From: a virus
Taxonomy: Duplodnaviria > Caudoviricetes
DNA length: 64,000 nt
Strand: one strand, 5' to 3'
Virus record (IMG/VR): IMGVR_UViG_3300014205_000177
Span: 1-64,000 of that record
In this document: positions 17,662 to 26,658 of the stretch, one piece after another
Numbering within the stretch: position 1 is the first letter of the stretch
Layout: each line of letters starts with the position of its first letter
Notes under the pieces: generated by a model
Told to the model about the DNA's origin: nothing
The model's database searches: none
Seen by the model: the letters and a program-made list of their open reading frames with translations, nothing else
Program-made: the position numbers and the translations under genes

Positions 17662-17920
17662 TAAACATTTACGGTAGTTGGATTAAATGTGTCCATCTTT
17701 AATGAGTGGGGAAATATCTCATGCTGACGGGTCTGGTGTCCTGACTACAAGGCTAAGAGATAGACCGATTCCGAAGGGAGTGGTAGGTACAGTTTGTTCA
17801 ACCAGTTAATTCGGGGCTGAATTAACTCAATATGTATAGAAGACACCTACATGTTGGGAATGCTGTCCGTGCGGTCAAATAAAACAACCCTTTAGTGTAA
17901 CAACACGCCGTAAATGTTTA
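17662..17920 (+). ncRNA. Unidentified ~260-nt structured RNA candidate
   Basis: Perfect 13-bp terminal inverted repeat TAAACATTTACGG/CCGTAAATGTTTA; GC-richer than flanks; several internal hairpins; no ORF. Confidence 0.55.
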
Positions 17921-17929
17921 TTTATAGGA

Positions 17930-18178
17930 ATGCTCTATATGGCAAAAAATAAAATATTCGAAAAAGAATACAAAGAAGAACGACTTAGAAGAACAAAAGT
18001 ACGAAAAGCTAAACGCCTAGAGAAAAAGGGTAGTAGTTATACATGTCCATTATGCCATCAAGATAGAGGATATGTAATAGAAAAACTGTTAGACCCATAT
18101 CAACATGATATGTATGACATAGAAGTTTATGTAAGGATGTGTGAAGATTGTCAAAAAGACAAAGCAGGTGATGTTTAA
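17930..18178 (+). CDS. Small zinc-finger phage protein
   Basis: CPLC...DPY...MCEDC. Confidence 0.65.
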   Translation: MLYMAKNKIFEKEYKEERLRRTKVRKAKRLEKKGSSYTCPLCHQDRGYVIEKLLDPYQHDMYDIEVYVRMCEDCQKDKAGDV

Positions 18179-18183
18179 TATAT

Positions 18184-18243
18184 CGCAGGGTAGCTCAGTG
18201 ATAGAGCCAAGCGTCGTTGGTTTGATTCCAACCCCTGCAACCA
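18184..18243 (+). ncRNA. 60-nt tRNA-like RNA lacking the anticodon arm
   Basis: cGCAGGG/CCCTGCa acceptor, D arm GCTC-AGTGATA-GAGC, only 8 nt (CAAGCGTC) before T arm GTTGG-TTTGATT-CCAAC, then A-CCA. Confidence 0.7.
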
Positions 18244-18253
18244 TTTTTTAAAT

Positions 18254-18329
18254 GAGGGATTAGCCAATATGGTAAGGCAGGGTACTCTAAATACTCCATA
18301 TGCTGGTTCAAATCCAGTATCCCTCACCA
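18254..18329 (+). tRNA. tRNA with CTA anticodon (amber suppressor)
   Basis: 76-nt cloverleaf: GAGGGAT/ATCCCTC, anticodon arm GGGTA-CT-CTA-AA-TACTC, T arm GCTGG-TTCAAAT-CCAGT, A-CCA. Confidence 0.85.
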
Positions 18330-18332
18330 TTT

Positions 18333-18540
18333 TAGTGAATTGTTTTTCATGTTACCTTTATTCTTGTAAGTACATATATTCAATCACTATATAGTGTATT
18401 GTAATTTATGTTAGCTTAGATGTGTGTGCAACTCTCCAGAGAATAAATATAGGTAATATGATTCGATGATGTTTCATCATTGAATATTTATGTTTTATTA
18501 CAATATTATTACTTGGAACAAGTAATTGTGGAATTCACTA
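18333..18540 (+). ncRNA. Retron msr/msd-like RNA, unit A
   Basis: IR TAGTGAATT/AATTCACTA; G18342 opposite G18531; large stem 1; stem ATTCGATGATG-TTT-CATCATTGAAT; short hairpin ATTACTTG-gaa-CAAGTAAT. Confidence 0.55.
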
Positions 18541-18557
18541 CTCTTTTAAATTATTTT

Positions 18558-18728
18558 ACCTTGAACCGTTTTTTGCTAACCTTAAAAATTAGCAGGGTTG
18601 ATGTTTCATCAATCTTATATTACATTAACAATCAGTATACATTTTATTTAGTCCCCATAATTTATTTCTTCTGGACAAGTCCAGAAATCATAAATTATTT
18701 AGACTCCATAAAATAAAGGGTTCAAGGT
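18558..18728 (+). ncRNA. Retron msr/msd-like RNA, unit B
   Basis: IR ACCTTGAACC/GGTTCAAGGT; G18568 opposite G18718; TGCTAA/TTAGCA; GGGTTGATG-TTT-CATCAATCT; TAACAAT linker; long hairpin capped by TTCTGGAC-aa-GTCCAGAA. Confidence 0.65.
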
Positions 18729-18787
18729 TTTTTACAACTAACATTTTAAATTTTGCAAAAATAAATGGTATTTTGATAACTTATCTT

Positions 18788-18968
18788 TGAAGTATTTCCA
18801 AATTGAATTAAGAGCAATAAGTTGCTCTTTAGAACGACGTTTCGTTGTTCTTAGCCTAATAATTAATAACAATTAATAAGAATTCCTAACGCTACACCAC
18901 GAATGCTGCTCAAGCGCAGCATTCTAGGTTACGCTACCGGAATTCTTTAAGGATTTGGAAATACTTCA
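18788..18968 (+). ncRNA. Retron msr/msd-like RNA, unit C
   Basis: 16-bp IR TGAAGTATTTCCAAAT/ATTTGGAAATACTTCA; G18805 opposite G18951; AAGAGCAA/TTGCTCTT; AGAACGACG-TTT-CGTTGTTCT; TAACAAT linker; long hairpin 18878-18947. Confidence 0.7.
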
Positions 18969-18997
18969 TTTTAATTTTAAACAACAAGGAATTAAAA

Positions 18998-19450
18998 ATG
19001 AACAAAAATAGTAGATTTTTATCAAGAGGTATTCTTTCAAACCCAGTGTCATGGGCTGTTGACAAATGGGTAGTTGGTTACTATTCAGAACATCCTGTCT
19101 CTAAAGACGGTCCTATGGTTCCGTTCATTACAGAACTGAAATCTTGTAACATGCTACAAATAGTTCCATCTTCTATGGGACAATGTACTGGAAAATCAGC
19201 CGCCAAAAGCTATCGGGGCACACTCCCTGAAGATTTGCTAATTTTTGAGGGTGATAAATTGTTACAAAGAGGCTATACAGATAGAGATGGATTAGAATGG
19301 GAGGACGAAGAAGGAATAGTAGAATACTCTAAATCAGAAACCAGATTCTTTTGTACAGGAATCGGTGGGCAATTCATACCAAAAAACGTTGAAATCATAG
19401 GAACAATTCACGATGTAGGAGATAGTAAAACAATGTTAAAGGATATATAA
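18998..19450 (+). CDS. YopX-family protein
   Basis: WVVGYY...GQCTG...IFEGD...EIIGTIHD. Confidence 0.75.
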   Translation: MNKNSRFLSRGILSNPVSWAVDKWVVGYYSEHPVSKDGPMVPFITELKSCNMLQIVPSSMGQCTGKSAAKSYRGTLPEDLLIFEGDKLLQRGYTDRDGLEWEDEEGIVEYSKSETRFFCTGIGGQFIPKNVEIIGTIHDVGDSKTMLKDI

Positions 19451-19788
19451 TGGAACCAGAAGATGATGGATTACCACACAAAAGAGTAGACGAATATATA
19501 TTATGTGCTGCTATTCATTTTGATGATGAAAAGGTATATGTTCACCAGCCATTCAATATTAAAACAGGATTTGTGGTATGTGGACGAAGGCATCACAATT
19601 GTTTTATGACAATGGCAATATTAGATTCTAATAGACTTAATGGAAATCGATATAAACGAGAAATACAGGGATTTATAACATCTAGTGATAGATTTGTAGA
19701 TAGACGTGAAGGCAATGAAATAGCCAGAAAACGAAAACAAGTAGATAATGATTATGATGAACAATTAATGTCAGAAGATTTATACTAA
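19450..19788 (+). CDS. Hypothetical phage protein
   Basis: CAAIHF...GRRHHNC...QGFITSSDRFVDRRE...LMSEDLY. Confidence 0.7.
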   Translation: MEPEDDGLPHKRVDEYILCAAIHFDDEKVYVHQPFNIKTGFVVCGRRHHNCFMTMAILDSNRLNGNRYKREIQGFITSSDRFVDRREGNEIARKRKQVDNDYDEQLMSEDLY

Positions 19789-19843
19789 TTAACTTTATAT
19801 TTATAAATATCAACTATAATTCATATAAACAAATGGAGTTTAA

Positions 19844-20296
19844 ATGAAATTTACAATACAAGATGTTTGTGTTAATACAAAAACAAAACAAGAACTTATT
19901 TTTGTTTTGACAATATTGGAAAAAGTTGGTTTTTTATGGAGGGGTGGAGATAAACCACTTTCATGGATTCCAGAATGGAACAACTATTGTGAAAGTACTG
20001 TAATTTTTATAAGAGAGAGTTTTGGTTACGCAAATATACAATGGGCTATAGATAAAAAGTTTAAAGTATTAACAATAAATCAGTTTTTGAACATTATAAC
20101 TGAAGATACACCAAAAGCAAATACTTTAATAGATTATATAGACACAAAGTCAATGTCAATAAGAAATGGTCTGTTTAATAATAGTAAATTTTTTACATCA
20201 TTGCTTGAGTTTAATGCATTGTCAACATGTAGAGAACTTTTAGAATTTAGATTAAAATTACTTAAAGATAAGGGTATTACAAATGAAAAAGGTTGA
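19844..20296 (+). CDS. Paralog family B protein
   Basis: VNTKTKQE...GFLWRGG...YID...LEFNALS. Confidence 0.65.
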   Translation: MKFTIQDVCVNTKTKQELIFVLTILEKVGFLWRGGDKPLSWIPEWNNYCESTVIFIRESFGYANIQWAIDKKFKVLTINQFLNIITEDTPKANTLIDYIDTKSMSIRNGLFNNSKFFTSLLEFNALSTCRELLEFRLKLLKDKGITNEKG

Positions 20297-20457
20297 ATTA
20301 GAGATAAAAGTAAAAGTGGTAGTTTATGTATCTGAGGGAATGGAAATATCAGATGTTGTTTTTAACAGGTATCTAATTCATGATTTCCACTCGGAAGACC
20401 CATCGTTTTATGTTTTTGGAACAGAAATAAAAGACTTTAAAATAAGGGATATAAAAA

Positions 20458-20670
20458 ATGAGTAAACAATTTAAAATGATGAAAATATTCGATTGTCAGG
20501 ATTTTCCAAAAGATATTAAAAAAATGTTTTTTGATGAATATGAAGCTGGAAATGATTGTTATGTTGAATATGATATATGTAATGACGAAGAAGCCAATAA
20601 ATTAACAAAATATCTAATGGAAAATGGAGGAAAAGACGGAGAAACAGTTATTATAAAGCACTGGTGGTAA
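20458..20670 (+). CDS. Small hypothetical phage protein
   Basis: NDCYVE...VIIKHWW; ORF track. Confidence 0.6.
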   Translation: MSKQFKMMKIFDCQDFPKDIKKMFFDEYEAGNDCYVEYDICNDEEANKLTKYLMENGGKDGETVIIKHWW

Positions 20671-20671
20671 A

Positions 20672-21037
20672 ATGCAATTAGAAAAAGGTTTTCGTGTAAA
20701 AATAAAAGAAATAAAAAACATTGACATAGACCGTTCTCCTGGTTTTACCTTTGATATGGAAAGTGTAGCAGAAGCTAATAAAAGAATTTTTATAATATTA
20801 AAATATGACAATAAAAGCAAATACTATAAAATAGAAGGTAAAAATAAAGTTGATGGTGCATGGGGTCAATTAGTAAGCTCTCTTGATTTTTCATATACAA
20901 AAGAAATGTTTGACCTTGATTTTACAAAAAATGAAATTGAGATATTCAAAGAAATTTCAGATAAGTGTGAAAATACATGTAAAATATGCTCATACGGTAA
21001 TTGTCCAATAATAAAACAGGTGTATGAAATTTTATAA
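20672..21037 (+). CDS. Paralog family A protein
   Basis: KGFRVKIK...PGFTFDME...YTKEMFDLDFT...CENTCKICSYGNC; closest to 6859-7248. Confidence 0.7.
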   Translation: MQLEKGFRVKIKEIKNIDIDRSPGFTFDMESVAEANKRIFIILKYDNKSKYYKIEGKNKVDGAWGQLVSSLDFSYTKEMFDLDFTKNEIEIFKEISDKCENTCKICSYGNCPIIKQVYEIL

Positions 21038-21486
21038 TGAACTTTAAAAAAACCGGAGTTTATGTTAATACAAAAACTCAAGAACAATTTAATTATATAC
21101 TGAGTCTATTAGAAAGTGAAAAATTTAAATGGCACAGCGGACATAATCCATTAGATAAAAAAAATTACTGGACAAACTATAGTTCAGAAACTTTTTTAGA
21201 GATAAATAAAGCATTTGGGTATGGCTCTGTTTCCAATTGTTCATATGGTGATACTCTTTTAAGTTTTGAACAATTTATTAACGACATATTAATATTAGAT
21301 GCTCCGGCTACAGGACAAACTATTTTTTATATAGATATAAAATTAATGTCGGTTAAAAGTGAAAAATTTATAAATAATGATTTCTTTAATTATCTACATG
21401 AATTTGGTGCTCTATCGACTGAAAAATATATAATTGAAGAAAGATTAAAATATCTTAAAATGAAAATAAAAAAAGAAGAGAAGTGA
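21037..21486 (+). CDS. Paralog family B protein
   Basis: VNTKTQEQ...FKWHSG...FYID...HEFGALS. Confidence 0.65.
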   Translation: MNFKKTGVYVNTKTQEQFNYILSLLESEKFKWHSGHNPLDKKNYWTNYSSETFLEINKAFGYGSVSNCSYGDTLLSFEQFINDILILDAPATGQTIFYIDIKLMSVKSEKFINNDFFNYLHEFGALSTEKYIIEERLKYLKMKIKKEEK

Positions 21487-21697
21487 ATGAATAAAGCAAC
21501 AGAAGTAAAAAAACAAATTTTAAAATACTATAAATACGGGTTTAAGTTTGGTGATTTATCTAAATATATGAAAAATAATGAAATAGACCACAATATAAAA
21601 TCACTACACAAACACAGTGGTTTTGATTCCCCCAATCAAAGTGATTTGGCAGTATTCTATTATTCAGATGGTTCTATGTTGGTAATATCATGTAATA

Positions 21698-21865
21698 ATG
21701 TATACTCTAGTATGTAAAAATATAGATGTGCATTCGATGTCTATAAAGAGTGAGAGATTTATGAATAATGATTTTTTAAATTCCCTGTTTGAATTTGATG
21801 CACTATCAATTAACAAAGATATACTCAGAATGAGATTAGAATTACTTAAAACAAGGAAACAATAA
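21698..21865 (+). pseudogene. Truncated C-terminal half of a family B paralog
   Basis: IDVHSMSIKSERFMNNDFLNSLFEFDALS aligns with IDIKLMSVKSEKFINNDFFNYLHEFGALS of 21037-21486. Confidence 0.55.
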
Positions 21866-21866
21866 A

Positions 21867-22019
21867 ATGTGCAGTGAATCATATGACTTAGGCGAACCCA
21901 ATGGTGAATGTCCTGAATGTGGAGAACCAACTGTGGACGGAAAAGCGGCTTCTGGCTGTGAATGTTCACCCGAAACATGTCCAACATGTCACGCAACACC
22001 TTGTGATGAATCTTGTTAG
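21867..22019 (+). CDS. 50-aa Cys-rich protein (not in the ORF track)
   Basis: MCSESYDLGEPNGECPECGEPTVDGKAASGCECSPETCPTCHATPCDESC*. Confidence 0.65.
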   Translation: MCSESYDLGEPNGECPECGEPTVDGKAASGCECSPETCPTCHATPCDESC

Positions 22020-22294
22020 GGAATTAAAATATGAGCGACTTAACCAAGATAAAACAATATCCTCTTTATTGAGGGAAAAATAATTTTAAAAAGAACGGAA
22101 TAATGAATAAAAAGAAAAATAATCCAAATTATATAAAGAAAACAAGAAGCTCTCGCAGAAAAACTGGAACTCCTAAACTTCAACCAATGAGTTGGGAGTA
22201 TTGGCGTATCCTTGACGGAATTTATATCAATGGAAGTAGAGAAACGAGAAGGCTATTAAGCGGTAAAAACGGAATAGTTGTAAAATGAGGTATT

Positions 22295-22633
22295 ATGAAA
22301 ACACAAGAATTACTATCCGTTGAGTTTAGATACTCATATTTAGACGAAAACGAAATAAGACAATACGAAAATAAAAAAACCACTATAGGGATTTATGAAA
22401 CTTTAGAAGAAGCTATATTGGCTGGCAATGAAACGCTAAAATCTCTATCTGAAATACTGAAATTTGCAAATAAGGATTGTTTTACAAAAAATGGAGGTTT
22501 TTTCGGTCATCCAACCAGGCTTATTGTCAATAACAGAACCCCAGGAAGCAATATAGATTGCTATGTCAAAATAACCAAATTAACGTTTGAAAATGTAAAT
22601 AAATTATTGGATTCGATTAGAATCTATGGATAA
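22295..22633 (+). CDS. Hypothetical protein
   Basis: SD GAGG; IGIYETLEEAI motif. Confidence 0.6.
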   Translation: MKTQELLSVEFRYSYLDENEIRQYENKKTTIGIYETLEEAILAGNETLKSLSEILKFANKDCFTKNGGFFGHPTRLIVNNRTPGSNIDCYVKITKLTFENVNKLLDSIRIYG

Positions 22634-22660
22634 AGAAAAAAATAATGAAGGTGTTATATT

Positions 22661-22969
22661 GTGAGTTCAAACATAACTATTGAGGCAAAAAGAGGAAAAG
22701 AAAGAATTACATTTCCAGTAATCCAAACCTCTGGTGAAGATACTAAATATATTATAGATAATGGTGATTATTATGGAAATGCACCAAATCCAACACAAGC
22801 TATTGAACGATATAAGGAAAGATATATGTTTTGGCATGGCAATACTAATAAAAAGAACTATTATTATAAAAGAGATAATGCAGATGCTAAACGCCACTGT
22901 AATGAATTAGATAATTGGGTTAAACAACACAGAGCAAAATGCTATAACATTGTAGTTTATGGAGATTAA
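22661..22969 (+). CDS. Hypothetical protein
   Basis: GTG start; abuts the next gene. Confidence 0.55.
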   Translation: MSSNITIEAKRGKERITFPVIQTSGEDTKYIIDNGDYYGNAPNPTQAIERYKERYMFWHGNTNKKNYYYKRDNADAKRHCNELDNWVKQHRAKCYNIVVYGD

Positions 22970-23881
22970 ATGGAAACTATTTTTAAAACAATTTATGGTT
23001 CAAGACTTTATGGAACCAATACTAACGATTCAGATACTGATATTAAAAGCATCATTGCTCCAGATATTAAGAATTTAATATTGGAAGAAAAAATAGATAT
23101 TATAAATGGGAAAACCGGTAATAATGATGTTGGAGAAATGACCATTCAAGACTTTAGAAAATTTTTAACAGAGGGGAAGGTAATATCTTTAGATTTATTA
23201 TTTGCTCCGTCAAACAGAAATGCTACTATTTCAACAAGTAGAATGTTTGAAGAAATTTTTAAACACAGAAAAGATTTAGTTTGCAAAAACAACAACGCTT
23301 CTATTAGTTATTGTAAGGGGCAATCTTCTCTTTATGAAGTAAAGGGGTCAAGAGTACAAACTGTTTGTGATATGATTGATTTTCTGGATGGTTTTCTCGG
23401 TCATAAAAGTATTAATGAATTTTACGAATTTATCCCTGAAAGCAAATATGTTAGAAAATATGTAGAAAAAAACAAACAGAACATGGTTGAAATATGTTCA
23501 AGAAAATTTGAAGGAACTATTAGCCCTGCTTATTTAAAATTATGTCTTCATAACGTCGTTAGAACATATGGTAAAAGAGCTAAAAAGGCTAAAGAAAATA
23601 ACGGAATAGATTATAAAGCAATAAGTCATGCCTTTAGAGGTATTCTTGGATTTAAAGACCTTTTGCGTTATGGAGAGATAGTATTTCCACTTGAATATAG
23701 AAATTTTATTAGAGATGTCAAAGAAGGTTTTTTAGATTACTATAAAGATGGTTTAGATGAGAAACTAGATGCTCTAATTGAGGAAGTAGAAAATCTAGTA
23801 AGAATTTCAGAATTAAGGGAAGATTTTAATCAAGAATTACTTGACAATATTATTTTAAGCAATTATAGTATTAAATTATAA
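22970..23881 (+). CDS. Pol-beta superfamily nucleotidyltransferase (T4 NrdC.11/RlaP-like)
   Basis: YGSRLYGTNTNDSDTD (GS...DxD) and DYKAISHAFR. Confidence 0.8.
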   Translation: METIFKTIYGSRLYGTNTNDSDTDIKSIIAPDIKNLILEEKIDIINGKTGNNDVGEMTIQDFRKFLTEGKVISLDLLFAPSNRNATISTSRMFEEIFKHRKDLVCKNNNASISYCKGQSSLYEVKGSRVQTVCDMIDFLDGFLGHKSINEFYEFIPESKYVRKYVEKNKQNMVEICSRKFEGTISPAYLKLCLHNVVRTYGKRAKKAKENNGIDYKAISHAFRGILGFKDLLRYGEIVFPLEYRNFIRDVKEGFLDYYKDGLDEKLDALIEEVENLVRISELREDFNQELLDNIILSNYSIKL

Positions 23882-23895
23882 TAAAAAGGAACAAT

Positions 23896-24600
23896 ATGAG
23901 TGATAAAATATTTTTTTATGACCTTGAGACTACTGGGTTAAGTCAAGATTGTGCCATACATCAACTTTCTGGGATGTTTTTTGACATTCAACAATGGAAT
24001 GTTGTAGATTCTATTAACTTGTTTGCACGTCCACACGTTGGTGCAAGGATAGAATATGGAGCACTTGAAATATGTGGAATTACAAAAGAACAACTTTATT
24101 CTTATCCAACACCAGAGTCTATGTATAAAAGATTGGTAGATAGCCTTTCTGCCCATGTTAAGAAATTTGACCCAAATGATAAAATGTTTCTTGGAGGATT
24201 CAACAATCATAAATTTGATGATGAAGTACTAAAAAGATTTTTCATATTAAATAATGACAAGTTCTTTAATTCATTTTTTTATTCTGCTCCGGTAGTAGAT
24301 ACTTATCATTTGGCTTCTAAAACTTTACTTCTAAGAAGAAAATACATGCCAAACTTTAAGCTTTCTACTGTTGCTAAATTTTTAGGAATAGAAGTTAAAG
24401 AAGAAGAATTGCATGATGCTAAATATGATTTAGAACTTACTATAAATATTTTTAAGAAAACATCTGAAATACATGGTATATTATCACTTGAAGGCTTGAA
24501 TATTGGTGACTTGATGAATAAATTAACAATTGCAAGAGAAGAAAGAAAACAACAAATTAAGGAATATAAAAATAGTGAATACTTTATCTATAATGGCTAG
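23896..24600 (+). CDS. DEDDh 3'-5' exonuclease (DnaQ-like)
   Basis: YDLETTG, GFNNHKFD, HDAKYD. Confidence 0.88.
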   Translation: MSDKIFFYDLETTGLSQDCAIHQLSGMFFDIQQWNVVDSINLFARPHVGARIEYGALEICGITKEQLYSYPTPESMYKRLVDSLSAHVKKFDPNDKMFLGGFNNHKFDDEVLKRFFILNNDKFFNSFFYSAPVVDTYHLASKTLLLRRKYMPNFKLSTVAKFLGIEVKEEELHDAKYDLELTINIFKKTSEIHGILSLEGLNIGDLMNKLTIAREERKQQIKEYKNSEYFIYNG

Positions 24601-25317
24601 TTACTCAACAAACGTGATGATTTTATCATCTTGTATAGTAACTTTCGCAGTTTGTGTATATTTTTCATTAAAAATATTATCAAAAATAATCGACAATTTA
24701 AAGTGCTCTTATCACTTTGCTTGTTTTTTATGTATGAGAATAAGAAAAGATAAGAAAATACCAAAATCTCTTAAAAGAAAATTTCTGACAGAAAAAGACT
24801 ATGATTTATTTCTTAAAATAAAACGTGGATTAGAAGAAGTTAAATATGGAATAATGAAAAGAGAAGTACAATTTAAAGATTGTGAATCTCAACTTTTTTC
24901 ATATGAAAATCATAACATATATATAAAAGAGAAAACATCCAACGATGCGATAAGAATAAAAGATGGAAGAAGAATAAAAATAAGTGATACAGAAAAGGTA
25001 ATAGAACTAGAACTTCAGTTTCCGTTAATAGAATGGTTAGCTATTCAAGCTAAATGTGGTAAAATTTTATATAATATAGAAAAAAGATATGGGACATTTT
25101 ATGAAGAAGAATAATGGTGGAAATAGGGGGAACAACAAAGGAATAAAAGAAAATATCAGAAAAAAATATAGCAAAAGAAAAGTTTCTGATAAACGCAAAT
25201 TGTTAAAAATAGAACCAGTTATTATTAAAAATAAAATTTACAAAGAAGAGATACCTCATTTAAAAAGTCCATCAACAATAGCTAAATTACTTGTAGACAA
25301 ATATACTGGAGTATAAA

Positions 25318-25773
25318 ATGATAATAATTAATCCTAGTTCTTTTAATTATTTTATTGTTTGTAATTTTCCTCCTAATGCTATACTTATTATAAAATTTTT
25401 AATGTCTATTCACATGATTGATAAAAATTTAGATATACATGATTTTGTAAATAGATATTTTACAATTGGGACGAATAATTGTTTAATAATAAATAGTGAC
25501 GGAACATTATCTATAAAACCAGTCAGTAGAGTAGTAACATATGAAAAAATTCGTTATTTCATTAGTTTTAAAGAATTTAAAAAAAGGTTTATAAGAAGTA
25601 AGCCATCTGTGGGTTGGAATTATTTTTACATATATGACTTTATAAACATGAAGTACACAAACAAAAAATGGACTAATTGTAAAAGCGACAATTTTAACCT
25701 TGAAATGGAAAATGTTTTTACAATTGAATCAATGATAATTCGTGAAATAAATAAAATAAAAGACATGGTGTAA
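25318..25773 (+). CDS. Paralog family B protein
   Basis: ISFKEF...YFYIYDF...KKW...D...ENVF. Confidence 0.6.
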   Translation: MIIINPSSFNYFIVCNFPPNAILIIKFLMSIHMIDKNLDIHDFVNRYFTIGTNNCLIINSDGTLSIKPVSRVVTYEKIRYFISFKEFKKRFIRSKPSVGWNYFYIYDFINMKYTNKKWTNCKSDNFNLEMENVFTIESMIIREINKIKDMV

Positions 25774-25774
25774 A

Positions 25775-26224
25775 ATGAAAATGATAGGTGAATATATAGG
25801 ATTAAAAAATTTAGAAACATCAATAAACACTTGTACTGAACTAGAATTTTTAGAATTTATAACCTCTATGAGTATTTTAGGTTTCCGGTGGGTTGGTGGT
25901 CAAGAAGCATTAGATGATATATGTAAAGAATATTGGAAATATTACCAGAATAGAACACAACTTCACATTTTAAATGGTAGGATATCTTTTGATATTACTT
26001 ATGACAATATGCCTTATATTACATTAAAAGAGTTTATGAAGTATTTATCATTAGAAGACGGAGATACATATTTTTATATAGATGTACACAACAATAGAAT
26101 TAATAAAACAAATTTTGTAAGCAAAGATAAAATACATAATTTGAGAAAAGAATTTGACAATGTATTTTTTACCAAAGAATTTGCAAAATTTAAAATATCT
26201 GAAATATTAAGGTTTAAAAAATGA
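25775..26224 (+). CDS. Paralog family B protein
   Basis: LGFRWVGG...ITLKEF...YFYID...EFDNVF. Confidence 0.65.
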   Translation: MKMIGEYIGLKNLETSINTCTELEFLEFITSMSILGFRWVGGQEALDDICKEYWKYYQNRTQLHILNGRISFDITYDNMPYITLKEFMKYLSLEDGDTYFYIDVHNNRINKTNFVSKDKIHNLRKEFDNVFFTKEFAKFKISEILRFKK

Positions 26225-26658
26225 AATTAAATACAAAAATTAATTTAATTATAGTCCCAGACAGTAAAGAAGAAGTAGATAAAATTCTTGATATAATTGA
26301 CAGTCTAAATATTAGACATCTTTCTTCTTTCAGTAAACAAAGAGTATCGAAACTTATTTATAAAAAAGTTGTAGATTTTAAAAGTATTGGGTTTTTAATT
26401 AATTCAGAATTTTATGATGTAGACTATCTAATATCTATGGAAAAATTTAGATATGTAAACCTTAATATTTTTATGAGGGAATTCATTATCCCAGACATTG
26501 ATGAAACATTTTATTTCATAGACTTTAATAATGGTAAAATATGTAGTAAAAGATGGAGAGATTCTGATTTCGATAAGCTGTTATTATATTTTAAAAATGT
26601 TTTTATAATGTCAAAATTAGCTAAAAATAAATTAGAGATTACAAATGAAACTTCTTAA
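26221..26658 (+). CDS. Paralog family B protein
   Basis: EEVDKILDI...FYFIDF...KRWRDSDFD...FKNVF. Confidence 0.65.
   Translation: MKLNTKINLIIVPDSKEEVDKILDIIDSLNIRHLSSFSKQRVSKLIYKKVVDFKSIGFLINSEFYDVDYLISMEKFRYVNLNIFMREFIIPDIDETFYFIDFNNGKICSKRWRDSDFDKLLLYFKNVFIMSKLAKNKLEITNETS

Noticed and set aside
17720-17770. Group I intron core (GACTA ... AGAGATAGACC resembles R/S elements)
   Set aside because: P7 would be mismatched, spacing leaves no P8, and no interrupted gene flanks it
18330-18400. HDV-like (theta) ribozyme after the suppressor tRNA
   Set aside because: Downstream sequence is AT-rich and shows no nested double-pseudoknot pairing
18480-18716. 78-aa ORF in the ORF track
   Set aside because: TTG start, no SD, low-complexity composition, and it runs across two highly structured RNA units; likely spurious
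18330-18997. CRISPR array or replication-origin iterons
   Set aside because: No regularly spaced direct repeats; similarity among the units is structural, and G-U pairing bias favours RNA
21901-22083. 60-aa ORF in the ORF track
   Set aside because: The overlapping frame 21867-22019 gives a more convincing Cys-rich protein
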